Below, piece by piece: positions 38,387 to 47,440 of a DNA stretch of 64,000 nt. The notes under the pieces are model-generated. The model was not told where the DNA came from. It made no database searches and saw only the letters and a program-made list of their open reading frames with translations. The position numbers were made by a program, and so were the translations under genes. The DNA comes from an uncultured Oligoflexia bacterium. Lineage in GTDB: Bacteria; Bdellovibrionota; UBA1018; UBA6935. The stretch covers positions 57,491 through 121,490 of the forward strand of contig CAXGWU010000004.1 of NCBI GenBank assembly GCA_964013565.1, in the 5' to 3' direction. Positions within the stretch are counted from its first letter, which is position 1. The number at the start of each line of letters is the position of its first letter.

Positions 38387-38919
38387 TCGAAATCATTCGT
38401 AAGGTGAGTTATCGTGAGGGGGACTTTACTTTAGCTTCTGGTCAGAAGAGTCGTTTTTATGTGAACCTCAAAATGACTACCTTGCATCCTGAGGGAGCAA
38501 CCTTGATTGGTCAGATGATGACTGATCAAATTAAAAAAGAGCGAATTAAAATCGAAGCAGTGGGTGGACTTACACTCGGGGCAGATCCGATTGCAACTGC
38601 AGTTTCGATTGCTGCATTTCAAAAGGGAATTCATTGGCCTGCATTCATTGTAAGAAAAACAGTGAAAGATCATGGAACTCAAAACCCCATTGAAGGAGCT
38701 GAAAGTTTTCATCCGGGGACTCGGGTCATGATTTTAGAAGATGTTTCTACGACAGGCGGATCGAGTTTGGAAGCTGTAGAAAAAGTGAGAGAAGCAGGGT
38801 TTCTCCCTGTGGGGGTCTTTACTGTAGTGGATCGAGAGCAAGGAGCAGCCGACCGCATCAGAGCGGCCGGTCTTCCTTATTTATCTTTATGCCGTTTATC
38901 TGAAATTCAAAATTTCTAG
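38344..38919 (+). CDS. pyrE: Orotate phosphoribosyltransferase
   Basis: GDFTLASGQKSRFY is present and the PRPP loop reads VMILEDVSTTGGS. The length is 191 aa. Confidence 0.9.
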   Translation: MDRFASDSEQKKRLIEIIRKVSYREGDFTLASGQKSRFYVNLKMTTLHPEGATLIGQMMTDQIKKERIKIEAVGGLTLGADPIATAVSIAAFQKGIHWPAFIVRKTVKDHGTQNPIEGAESFHPGTRVMILEDVSTTGGSSLEAVEKVREAGFLPVGVFTVVDREQGAADRIRAAGLPYLSLCRLSEIQNF

Positions 38920-39218
38920 TTTTTGACTTTAAACGGAAGTGCTTCAGGGAAGTTCTTTTTCGCCAAAGCAGTGAGTCGAGCAGTTTTTCTAGAAGCTCTT
39001 CCCGCAGGAATTGCACCTTTACTTGCTGCTTTTGCAAGAGCTTTTGTAGCCGCTTTATAAGCAGCAGTTGCTACTTCTACATTTTTTTCTTCAGTCGTCG
39101 TAAGGGACTCAACTGCAAGCTTTAATGTATGTCGAACATGCCCTTTATGATGATTGTTAATGTTTTGGTTTTTATTTGATCGGCGAACGCGTTTTGCCGC
39201 CTGGCGTGTATTAGCCAT
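38916..39218 (-). CDS. rpsT: 30S ribosomal protein S20
   Basis: The product begins MANTRQAAKRVRRSNKNQ and is basic and Ala-rich. I set the start at the internal Met, which has a GGAG Shine-Dalgarno sequence. The stop overlaps the pyrE stop (CTAG). Confidence 0.9.
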   Translation of the reverse strand: MANTRQAAKRVRRSNKNQNINNHHKGHVRHTLKLAVESLTTTEEKNVEVATAAYKAATKALAKAASKGAIPAGRASRKTARLTALAKKNFPEALPFKVKN

Positions 39219-39563
39219 AGTTTTCTCCTTAACACCCATAAATGGGTTCCCGAGTTAAATATATAATTTGAATCGGAAATTCAAGAATAAAGGAGTCAGG
39301 ACAGAAAAGAGTGTGAAATCAGAGAATAAGAATTTTTTTCTTTCATTACAATTACTTATGCTCTAGTTCGTTTCTTAGTGGATCGAAAATTTAACTGAAT
39401 AAATTTACTTAGGCTTGTTTGTCTTTCAAAAAATCTCAAACTTATTGAAAGACATAAGATATTTCTTTGTGACTCTGTGCCAAGGGGGTGCTGAGAAATA
39501 ACTGCAACTTTTTGGATTTTTGAACGTAGAATTAATGGAAATGAAAATTCATAAGGAGATTTT

Positions 39564-39968
39564 ATGAAAAAAGTAATGATGATGGTGATGTTCGCAACAT
39601 TGATGGGATCAAACGCATTTGCAAAACATCATCGAGGTATGATGAAAGAGCTTAACCTTTCAGAAGAGCAAAGAAAGCAAATGAAAGAGATTCGGAGTGC
39701 AAATCGGGATCAAATGAAATCATTGCGCACTCAGAAAAAAGAGCTTCATGAAAAAATGCAAAACTTATTAAAAACAAATGGTTCTGATTCGGACTTAAAG
39801 TCACTTCATGAAAAACTTTCTCAAACAAAAGCTCAAATGGGAAAATTAAGATTTGAGCAGATGCTTGCGATTCGAAAGATCCTCAATGAGGATCAAAGAA
39901 AAAAGTTTCATGAAATGAAGGAGAAGCGATTTCGAGGACATCGAGATCGAGACTCAGAAGAAGGATAG
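39564..39968 (+). CDS. Spy/CpxP-family periplasmic chaperone-like protein
   Basis: It has a signal peptide. Two LTxxQ-type motifs are present (LNLSEEQRKQMKEI and LNEDQRKKFHEM). The 134-aa product is highly charged. Confidence 0.7.
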   Translation: MKKVMMMVMFATLMGSNAFAKHHRGMMKELNLSEEQRKQMKEIRSANRDQMKSLRTQKKELHEKMQNLLKTNGSDSDLKSLHEKLSQTKAQMGKLRFEQMLAIRKILNEDQRKKFHEMKEKRFRGHRDRDSEEG

Positions 39969-40158
39969 GTTTTTTATTCTTTGATTTTTGAAAGTCTATA
40001 GAAACTTATTAAACGAGTTTTTATGGACTTTTTTTATTCTTTTTTGATCTGTCGCTCGACTAGGTTTGCAATAGAATGTCTGTCCATGCATAATTGATCT
40101 AAGGCCAAGGAGTTTTAGGCCGTCAATTTTTTGCCTTTGCCAGGGACGGAGTGCTATT

Positions 40159-41775
40159 TTGAGACGATATCTAGAGTCGTTAAACCCAGATCAATGGATT
40201 TCTTTTGTTTTTCAATTCCTTTGTGCGGTGATCTTTATTTCCTATATGGGATGCGCCACGACATCGACGGATGATGAGTCGGGATACGCCCACTTAATTG
40301 AAGAAGACTCTGAGTTTGACGGTGAATTTAAGGGACTTTCTGAAGAATCAGCACGTGCGCTTGCTCAAAAAATTTTATTGGCTGAGAGTCAAATTGGTGA
40401 TGAAAGTGAACCAGAGATTTCAGAGTCGATTAAAGAAGTAGAAAAAGAAAAAAGGGAACCTGAAAAAAAAGAGCTGGTTCAAGGTCCGAAAATTCCAATT
40501 GAGATCAATCGGCGAGTTTATCAGTGGATCCGATATTTCACTCAAAAAGATCCTGCACGTTTTAAGCGTTTTCTTGTTCGAGGTGAAAAGTATCGACCTC
40601 AGATTGAAGCAATTTTAAAAAAGCATGGTCTCCCAAAAGAACTCTACTACTTAGGACTTATAGAGAGTGGTTATCAGACGAAAGCAATTTCAAGAGTAGG
40701 AGCTACTGGTCCCTGGCAATTTATGAGATTGACTGCTCGAGATTTTGGCTTGAGGGTGGGGTATTTTGCAGACGAAAGAAGAGATCCGCTTCGCGCAACT
40801 GAAGCTGCAGCGAAGTATTTGAAGTATCTCTATCAAACTTTTCAATCATGGCATCTGGCGATGGCAGCTTACAATGCTGGGCAAGGTAGAATTGCAAGAG
40901 CAATTAAACGGGGAAGAACCAAGAGTTATTGGAGACTCGCTAGGCGTAGGAAAATTCCAAAAGAAACGATTCACTATGTTCCTAAATTTTTTGCAGCAGT
41001 TATTATTGGGAAGAACCCAAAAGAATTTGGATTAGGTGAAATTGAGAGAAACCCTATTCCTCAAGCAGAACTGGTTTCTCTTCCATCTCCTTTAAGACTA
41101 AGAGATCTTGCTCGTCAAACCTCAACTTCTCTTGAAGATTTAAAAGAGTTAAATCCTCACCTCACTCACGCGGTAACTCCTCCACAGTTGAGAAACTATT
41201 CAGTTTGGATCCCAAAAGAACGAGTTGCAGTAGTGAGCCAAAAAGTCTCTCATTTAAAAAAATACAGAGCTCGAGGAGTGAGGAAACCAAGAACTTATGG
41301 TCGAGCAAGAAGAGTGATTGTTCGAAGAGGAGATACTTTAGGTCGAATTGCTCGTCGAAATAGGACGTCTGTACGCCGTTTAAAGAAACTTAATTCGTTG
41401 CGTGGAAGTCATATTCAGGCGGGGCAGCGTTTGATTGTGGGATATCGTTCTCAAAGAGGAATTTTTTATCGAGTTCGAAGAGGGGATACACTGAGTGAAA
41501 TTTCTAAAAAAATGGGAGTTTCGGTATCTTCGCTGAAGCGATGGAATCGAATTCGTGGAAGTTCGATCTATCCAGGTCAAAAGATTCGTTTAACTCAAGC
41601 AAAAACAAGACGTGTTGCATCGACTTCAAAAAGAAAAAAGAGAGTCTACCGAGTGAGAAAGGGAGATTCTCTTTATGCGATTGCTAAGCGTTTCGGGGTC
41701 ACTGTTGCTCAAATCAAAAAAAGAAATCAAATTCGAAAAAGCGACATTTATGCAGGTCAGTTATTGAGACTTTGA
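40159..41775 (+). CDS. mltD: Lipoprotein lytic transglycosylase with three C-terminal LysM domains (MltD-like)
   Basis: A lipobox is present (ISYMGC). The SLT catalytic region reads LIESGYQTKAISRVGATGPWQFM. There are three LysM repeats (RRGDTLGRIA..., RRGDTLSEIS..., RKGDSLYAIA...). The start is TTG. Confidence 0.8.
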   Translation: MRRYLESLNPDQWISFVFQFLCAVIFISYMGCATTSTDDESGYAHLIEEDSEFDGEFKGLSEESARALAQKILLAESQIGDESEPEISESIKEVEKEKREPEKKELVQGPKIPIEINRRVYQWIRYFTQKDPARFKRFLVRGEKYRPQIEAILKKHGLPKELYYLGLIESGYQTKAISRVGATGPWQFMRLTARDFGLRVGYFADERRDPLRATEAAAKYLKYLYQTFQSWHLAMAAYNAGQGRIARAIKRGRTKSYWRLARRRKIPKETIHYVPKFFAAVIIGKNPKEFGLGEIERNPIPQAELVSLPSPLRLRDLARQTSTSLEDLKELNPHLTHAVTPPQLRNYSVWIPKERVAVVSQKVSHLKKYRARGVRKPRTYGRARRVIVRRGDTLGRIARRNRTSVRRLKKLNSLRGSHIQAGQRLIVGYRSQRGIFYRVRRGDTLSEISKKMGVSVSSLKRWNRIRGSSIYPGQKIRLTQAKTRRVASTSKRKKRVYRVRKGDSLYAIAKRFGVTVAQIKKRNQIRKSDIYAGQLLRL

Positions 41776-41881
41776 TTGGCGTTTTCATAGGTGTGCATAT
41801 TGTACCTGAGTGGGTTCCTTTTGACCCCGGTCCTTTTTTTCACAGATTTATCTAACTTACTGTTTTTACTAAAAGCTCTCT

Positions 41882-41897
41882 TGGCACGGCCCCTGCT
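41882..41897 (+). promoter_or_regulatory. Near-consensus sigma-54 (-24/-12) promoter
   Basis: The sequence TGGCACGgcccCTGCT matches the consensus TGGCACG-N4-TTGCW. The GG (41883-84) and GC (41895-96) are at the canonical spacing. It lies in a 414-nt intergenic region, about 290 nt upstream of the next start codon. Confidence 0.6.
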
Positions 41898-42189
41898 TAT
41901 ATTATTTGTGAGGATGATGAGTTCCTCAGAAACTTAGGAGTATCGACCGAAGGTTGGAATAGATGATCGAGAGCTTTGCGGAACCTTTTCTTGCCACTGA
42001 CATTCTCTCCTCTTCTTAGGTCCCACCTAGATAGCCTGCCTTACTCACTAGAAAGATATTTTTAGTGCAGTCGGTTCCAATCAGCATGAGGAGTTCTCAC
42101 TGATTCTGGCCTTCGGTTCACCCTGAGTGGTTCTTTCTTTCTTATTTTATTTGCAAATTTTTTCAAAGATTGTTTCAATTCCTTTTGAA

Positions 42190-43551
42190 ATGTTTATTTT
42201 TTTTAAAACAAAGCACCCTAGGGGAAAGGTCGTTGTTTTTTGTTTTGCTCTTTTGTGGGGGGTGAGTTCAAATGCATCCGCCATCGATAATGAAACCAAT
42301 AGAGAAATTGCTCGTACGATTTCTCAGTTTTATTTGGAACAAAAAAACTTTGAAGAAGCAGAAAATACTCTTATTTCTCATTTAAAAGAAGATCCTAAAG
42401 ACCACCGAGCTTGGAATTTATTGGGATTGAGTTATTCTCGAGACGGTCAAACTCGAAGAGCAGCAAGTGCATTTTATAGAGCTTCTCGAAGGAGTCAGGG
42501 AACAATTCGAGCGGTGTATCTTTATAATTATGCAAACATGTTGAATCAAATCGGAAAGGGAAAACAAGCAAAAAAAATTCTTAATTTTGTAAATCGGTAC
42601 GATGAGACAGAGGAAAGTGCAAATCACGCGTTAGAAGTCATGAAACCGAGACAACCCCTTCCAGATTTAAAAATGACTCCTCCAGCAGTGTGGTCATTGA
42701 GTAGTACGTTGACTACCGGGTATGATTCAAATGTTTTACTGATTTCAGATTCAAGTTCTCCTGCAACTGCAGCGAGTTCCATGGCGAGTCCTGTTTTTAT
42801 TCCTGCGATTCGTTTTGGTTATGAGAAACCGTGGTTAGGTGGATCTTTCGTTGCTGGAGGAAATAGTAGTTTTAGTTATTACAGCAATGTAACGACTCAG
42901 TCCTTTAATACTTGGTATACGGGGTTAACTTCTTCTTGGAAAAAATTACCAGAATTTGGAAAAGGGTGGGGTATTCAAGTAGGGGATACTTTTTCTCTTA
43001 CTTTTTTAAATTCAAACTCTACATTCAATTGGTTTAGTTGGGTGAATTCAGTTGATTTTCAAACCTTTTATTATTTTTCTGAAACAAGTTATCTAACCTT
43101 TTCATCACCGATTAAATACCAAAGCTTTAACTTGTCGGAAGGCACTATCGCGGAGAACGACCGAACAGGATTTGGAGTAAAACCAGGTGTTGCATTTCAG
43201 TCTGTGCTCGGAAAAAGTATTTACTCTTTTGGAATCCATTACGATATCGTTTTTGCTAGTGGAAAGAACTTTAAGTCCAATACGATTGAAGTTCCGTTTT
43301 GGATTAATTTACCTATTTTTTGGAATTTGTCGTGGAGATTGGATGGAACTTTTAGTTCTATTGATTATCCCACAAATACTTCAAATCGAAGGGATCTTCG
43401 TTTTTACGCAGGAACGAGTCTGACAAAACGTTGGTTTGAAGGGTTTTCTACAACTGTGGATTATCATCTGACACGGAATAATTCGAATTTAACAACAGCT
43501 GACTTTACTAAACATGTCGGAACAGTGGCGGTGAGTTATGAATTTTTTTAA
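42190..43551 (+). CDS. Outer-membrane protein with N-terminal TPR repeats and a C-terminal beta-barrel
   Basis: The start is at the internal Met, which gives the signal peptide MFIFFKTKHPRGKVVVFCFALLWGVSSNASA. TPR-like sequence is present (EEAENTLISHLKEDPKDHRAWNLLGLSY...). The barrel begins at about TTGYDSNVLL. The C-terminus VSYEFF is aromatic. Confidence 0.65.
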   Translation: MFIFFKTKHPRGKVVVFCFALLWGVSSNASAIDNETNREIARTISQFYLEQKNFEEAENTLISHLKEDPKDHRAWNLLGLSYSRDGQTRRAASAFYRASRRSQGTIRAVYLYNYANMLNQIGKGKQAKKILNFVNRYDETEESANHALEVMKPRQPLPDLKMTPPAVWSLSSTLTTGYDSNVLLISDSSSPATAASSMASPVFIPAIRFGYEKPWLGGSFVAGGNSSFSYYSNVTTQSFNTWYTGLTSSWKKLPEFGKGWGIQVGDTFSLTFLNSNSTFNWFSWVNSVDFQTFYYFSETSYLTFSSPIKYQSFNLSEGTIAENDRTGFGVKPGVAFQSVLGKSIYSFGIHYDIVFASGKNFKSNTIEVPFWINLPIFWNLSWRLDGTFSSIDYPTNTSNRRDLRFYAGTSLTKRWFEGFSTTVDYHLTRNNSNLTTADFTKHVGTVAVSYEFF

Positions 43552-44443
43552 TGTCTTTTGTTTTTTCTTTTCTTTGTCTTCTTTTGCTTCAGTGGGTACC
43601 GTTGCTTCTGTTCAGGGAGAGGCTTTTATTGGTAAAAAAAAGATGTTTGTCGGTCAAAAGCTTTTAAAAGGAGACGTTGTTAAAATCGGAGCTGGAAAGG
43701 CTACTTTGATTTTTGGTCGAGATGCGGTGATTCATTTAGATGCGGAGAGTGAATTGCAAGTAAATGAATATTTAAATGAAGGAAAACAAATTAAAGCTGA
43801 CTTCAAGCTCAAGTATGGAAAAATTCGTTCTTTAGTTAAATCTAAAGGAGTGAAACAAAAAAAATTTCGCTTTAGGACCCGTTCTGCAGTAATGGGAGTT
43901 CGAGGAACTCATATTTATATCGATAGTCCCAAAGATCCAGAAAAACCACTGAATTTTTTAACTGTATCTGGAGAGGCCGATGTCTTTTATCCTTCTCCTA
44001 ATCGGAATCAAGTAGAACCGCTTCCTGCAAATAAGAATACTCCTCGAAAAGAAAATGCCCCTAAAATGATGAGAGTAAAATTAAAGACAGCGAATGCATT
44101 TCAGGCAGATACGAGATTAAAGTCAAATCCAGAACAAGTGAGACAAGGTCCTCGGGTGACACAAATGAAACCAGAACAAGTAGAGGGACTCACGTTTGCG
44201 GTAGCTCCTCCTCCTCCTGAGATTACCACTCCTGAACAAATGAAAATGTTTCAAGAAAATCACCAGGAATTTATGAACGAATTTGCACCTCCTCCACCCC
44301 CGGGAGAAATCGCGGATGGGACAGTTCTCCCTCCTTTGAATGACAATGGAATCCCTTTGGTTCCACTGGACCCTGTTCTTGATGGAGGGCAACCGAAACC
44401 TTTAACTCCAAGTCAACTTGAGGTTAACTTTACTAACTTTTAG
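43538..44443 (+). CDS. Exported FecR-domain protein with a Pro-rich C-terminus
   Basis: It has a signal peptide. The FecR-like core reads GDVVKIGAGKATLIFGRDAVIHLDAESELQV...RTRSAVMGVRGT. The Pro-rich tail contains APPPPEITTP and APPPPPGE. It overlaps the upstream gene by 14 nt. Confidence 0.7.
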   Translation: MNFFNVFCFFFSLSSFASVGTVASVQGEAFIGKKKMFVGQKLLKGDVVKIGAGKATLIFGRDAVIHLDAESELQVNEYLNEGKQIKADFKLKYGKIRSLVKSKGVKQKKFRFRTRSAVMGVRGTHIYIDSPKDPEKPLNFLTVSGEADVFYPSPNRNQVEPLPANKNTPRKENAPKMMRVKLKTANAFQADTRLKSNPEQVRQGPRVTQMKPEQVEGLTFAVAPPPPEITTPEQMKMFQENHQEFMNEFAPPPPPGEIADGTVLPPLNDNGIPLVPLDPVLDGGQPKPLTPSQLEVNFTNF

Positions 44444-44451
44444 AGGGATTC

Positions 44452-45312
44452 ATGAAAAAAATAATTGGACTGCTCATTATTCTCATTATGAGTTCTTGTG
44501 GAAAAAAAGCACCGCCTGGGTATCAGTGGGTAACTATTGGCTCTGTTCATTCTCGCCCCCAAACGTCATTACTTAATCCGACATTATTGTCTTTTGGAAA
44601 AAAAGAAGATGAACTTTCTGTAATGGCTGCTTGTCCAATGAATCACTTTGCTGTGGTTGTTGAAGATACTCAAGGAATTGCTCCCTTAGAATATATTCGA
44701 GTACTCCCTTCACCTCAAGTACAGTATTCTTTTGGGACTGTTTTTGATGGAAGTGTAGACGCTTTCTCTGCAGAAGTACTCGTTCAAGAGGGACTCCATA
44801 AAAAATTTGGTGTCACTGGAACTTTTTATTCAAACTGTAACTCTCAGATAGCAAGTTTTCCTGTTGGGGGAATGAGTCCAACTGTCGTAGATATTCTTCC
44901 TGAGGGAGGGCTTTTTGTGCCGATCAATGCTTCTGTATTTACTGCTGGATTTTCAGTCGATGCAACACCAGCAAATGTTACGGTTGCAGGATCTGATTTC
45001 GCTAAAGTCACCGTGAGTTGGAGTCCGAGTGTTCCTGCGACTGGAAATTGCTCTGGATATAGTGGTCAAGTGATTAAGCTTCGGGATGTGAAAGGTGAGT
45101 TTTTTGTCTCTACGAATGGGGTTACTGGACAAGGGTTTACCGGGTCAGAAAATGATTTTACTTTTGGACCCTTGTTTCCAGGAGTTCTTTATTCACTTAC
45201 AATTGAAAACTCAATTCCAGGTGATTCAAAATCCCACCTCGTGAAAGTAGATTCTTCTGGAAGTCATACTTTAACTCTTGATGGGACTTCCAGTTATCCA
45301 TGTACTCCTTAG
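44452..45312 (+). CDS. Lipoprotein, unknown function, predicted beta-rich
   Basis: A lipobox is present (LIMSSCG) and a GAGGGA Shine-Dalgarno sequence lies upstream. It is the third gene of the trio. I recognised no motif. Confidence 0.6.
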   Translation: MKKIIGLLIILIMSSCGKKAPPGYQWVTIGSVHSRPQTSLLNPTLLSFGKKEDELSVMAACPMNHFAVVVEDTQGIAPLEYIRVLPSPQVQYSFGTVFDGSVDAFSAEVLVQEGLHKKFGVTGTFYSNCNSQIASFPVGGMSPTVVDILPEGGLFVPINASVFTAGFSVDATPANVTVAGSDFAKVTVSWSPSVPATGNCSGYSGQVIKLRDVKGEFFVSTNGVTGQGFTGSENDFTFGPLFPGVLYSLTIENSIPGDSKSHLVKVDSSGSHTLTLDGTSSYPCTP

Positions 45313-46049
45313 GAAATAAGTTTTGAGACAAACGAAAGGATTTTTTCTTTGTCTTCATTTTCCAGTTTACTGATATTCTCCAAGAAGCGTTTCATTTGTT
45401 CTAAAAAAGAAGGATCTATTTGCTCAAGGTATCGAATGGTGTCTGAAGATTTTGGTTTCATCGGATGTGATTCGTCTTCATTGAGCATTCCATAACGGGT
45501 GGGAAGATTTTCTCCTCCTTCAATGTAGTTTCCAAAATAACTGATGTGAAAACGAACAATTAAGCCTTCATTTTTAACGAAATAAAGTTCGCAGTGACTT
45601 CCTCCTTGAAACCAATATGGCTGTCCATCGGATTGTTGTGCGAGAATTTTTGGGTTTACAAAATTAAGTTTTGCCGCGTTGAGTTCCACGTCGAAATAAT
45701 TTTTTATCGTTTCAGAAAGGTGTGGAGCAGGATCGATAAACATACATCCTACCGTGGTTTCAGAAAAGTGAATGATTTTGATCAGGACCTCAATGGACTC
45801 TTTTTGAAAAAAAAGGGTTCCTGAGAGCGTTTCTCCAGGAGATGGCCAGGAAGAGAGGGAAGACTGAAGAATTCCAATCCCTGAGAAACTAAGATTCGCT
45901 ATCGATAGAGGTATTTTCTGTCCTTCTTGTTCTATGGTTAAACGAATATGGGTGAGTGGCGTGGTTTTTAGGCGATGCGCTCGAGGAATAATTTTTTTTA
46001 CGGGTTCTTCTTTTTTTTGTTTTTTAAATAATTTGCTTAAGATGTTCAT
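45309..46049 (-). CDS. PilZ-domain protein (N-terminal PilZ, unknown C-terminal domain)
   Basis: The motif NLSFSG (N/DxSxxG) is preceded by PRAHRLK, which is a shortened RxxxR. The length is 246 aa. The stop overlaps the convergent lipoprotein gene stop (TTAG). Confidence 0.6.
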   Translation of the reverse strand: MNILSKLFKKQKKEEPVKKIIPRAHRLKTTPLTHIRLTIEQEGQKIPLSIANLSFSGIGILQSSLSSWPSPGETLSGTLFFQKESIEVLIKIIHFSETTVGCMFIDPAPHLSETIKNYFDVELNAAKLNFVNPKILAQQSDGQPYWFQGGSHCELYFVKNEGLIVRFHISYFGNYIEGGENLPTRYGMLNEDESHPMKPKSSDTIRYLEQIDPSFLEQMKRFLENISKLENEDKEKILSFVSKLIS

Positions 46050-46069
46050 CGTAGGTAGTTTATCATTAA

Positions 46070-47440
46070 ATGACAGATTCTATCCTGAACGAATTCCCTT
46101 TTTTTTCTATTTTACCTTCTTTTTTTGCAATAGGACTGGTTTTGTGGACACGACAGGTAGTGATTTCACTTTTTATCGGTCTTGTTCTCGGAGGTATTTT
46201 GGTAAAGGGGGGAGTTGCACTGGGGATTGAGCAAGCCCTCGATTGGTGTGTGTCTGTTTTTCAGTCCAAATCATCGACTCGGGTTATTCTCTTTAGTTCA
46301 ATGGTGGGTGGATGGTTATCGCTGACTCATGAAATGAATGGCTTAACGTCATTGAGTGCATTGCTTTCGCAAAAAGTAAAAATTAAAACACAGCGACAAG
46401 TTCGTGTTTTTAGTTTTTTAATTGGTTGTGGTGTTTTTTTGGAATCGAGTTTGACGTGCCTTGTTGCAGGAACGGTTTCTGGCCCTTTGTATGACCGCTT
46501 AAAGTTAGGTCGTCTTCAACTCGCTTATTTAATTGACGCAACCTCAGCTCCTATTTGTATCCTTATACCGCTGAATGGGTGGGGGGCTTATCTCGTTGGT
46601 TTACTTGAATCTCAAGGAGTCCAATCTCCTGTTGAGACTTTGGTAGCGTCTATTTTTTATAATTTTTACGCTTGGGGTGCTGTTTTAGTGGCAGGAGTAT
46701 TTGCATGGAAGGGTTTTTTTTGGGGACCTCTGAAAGATCAATCAGTAGAATTTAAAAATAAGTTACAGAAGCAAGAAGATTCGATCGATCCTTTCGGTGT
46801 GATTCAAATTTTAGGAAGTTTATTTATTTTATTTTTTGGAGTCATTGGAGGTCTTTGGATTACCGGAAAAGGTGATTTAATGAAGGGTTCGGGTTCAACC
46901 TCTGTTTTTTGGGCGATCTTTGCTGCAACCGTATTTTCTTTAATTTTATGGAGATGGAAAAGAGGGAAGCTTGATCAAGGTGTTGATTTTTTCTTTAAGG
47001 GAACAGGGGAGTTTTTACCATTATCAGTGTTGATGATTTTTGCGTTTGCAATCGGAGAAATGAGTACCTCGTTACAAACTGGACCTATTGTAGCTGAATT
47101 TTTACAAGGTTCTCTTTCTTCCTCTTTATTTCCTGCTGGGTTATTTATCACAGCAAGTATAGTTGCTTTTTCAACAGGGACTTCTTGGGGGACATTTGCA
47201 CTGTTGATTCCGATAGCAGCTCCAATGGCAACACCAGAGTTATTTCCACTTTATTTAGGAGCGGTTTTGTCTGGAGGTGTGTTTGGAGATCATGCTTCTC
47301 CACTCTCAGATACAACTATTATCGCCTCTCTCTCTGCTCAGGTCGAACCGTATGACCATGTCCGAACACAGATTCCTTATGCTGGTTTAGGGGGAGTTTT
47401 TGCATTAGGGCTTTTTTTAGGAATTGGTTTATTGCTGTGA
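46070..47440 (+). CDS. NhaC-family Na+/H+ antiporter-like membrane transporter
   Basis: The product has about 11-12 TM segments. The motif LGRLQLAYLIDATSAPICILIPLNGW matches the REKLAYIVDSTAAPV signature of the NhaC C-terminal family. Confidence 0.7.
   Translation: MTDSILNEFPFFSILPSFFAIGLVLWTRQVVISLFIGLVLGGILVKGGVALGIEQALDWCVSVFQSKSSTRVILFSSMVGGWLSLTHEMNGLTSLSALLSQKVKIKTQRQVRVFSFLIGCGVFLESSLTCLVAGTVSGPLYDRLKLGRLQLAYLIDATSAPICILIPLNGWGAYLVGLLESQGVQSPVETLVASIFYNFYAWGAVLVAGVFAWKGFFWGPLKDQSVEFKNKLQKQEDSIDPFGVIQILGSLFILFFGVIGGLWITGKGDLMKGSGSTSVFWAIFAATVFSLILWRWKRGKLDQGVDFFFKGTGEFLPLSVLMIFAFAIGEMSTSLQTGPIVAEFLQGSLSSSLFPAGLFITASIVAFSTGTSWGTFALLIPIAAPMATPELFPLYLGAVLSGGVFGDHASPLSDTTIIASLSAQVEPYDHVRTQIPYAGLGGVFALGLFLGIGLLL

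Noticed and set aside
40000-40050. Possible terminator after the Spy-like gene (AAGTCTATA...TATGGACTT followed by a T-run).
   Set aside because: The stem has a mismatch or wobble, the loop is about 21 nt long and the stem is AT-rich. It may function but is not convincing enough to list as a feature.
42096-42120. CTGATTCTGGCCTTCGG resembles the 5' end of tmRNA (GGGGCTGATTCTGGATTCGAC).
   Set aside because: There is no acceptor-stem partner, no T-arm/CCA-type 3' end, and no tag reading frame anywhere nearby. The resemblance is limited to about 10 nt.
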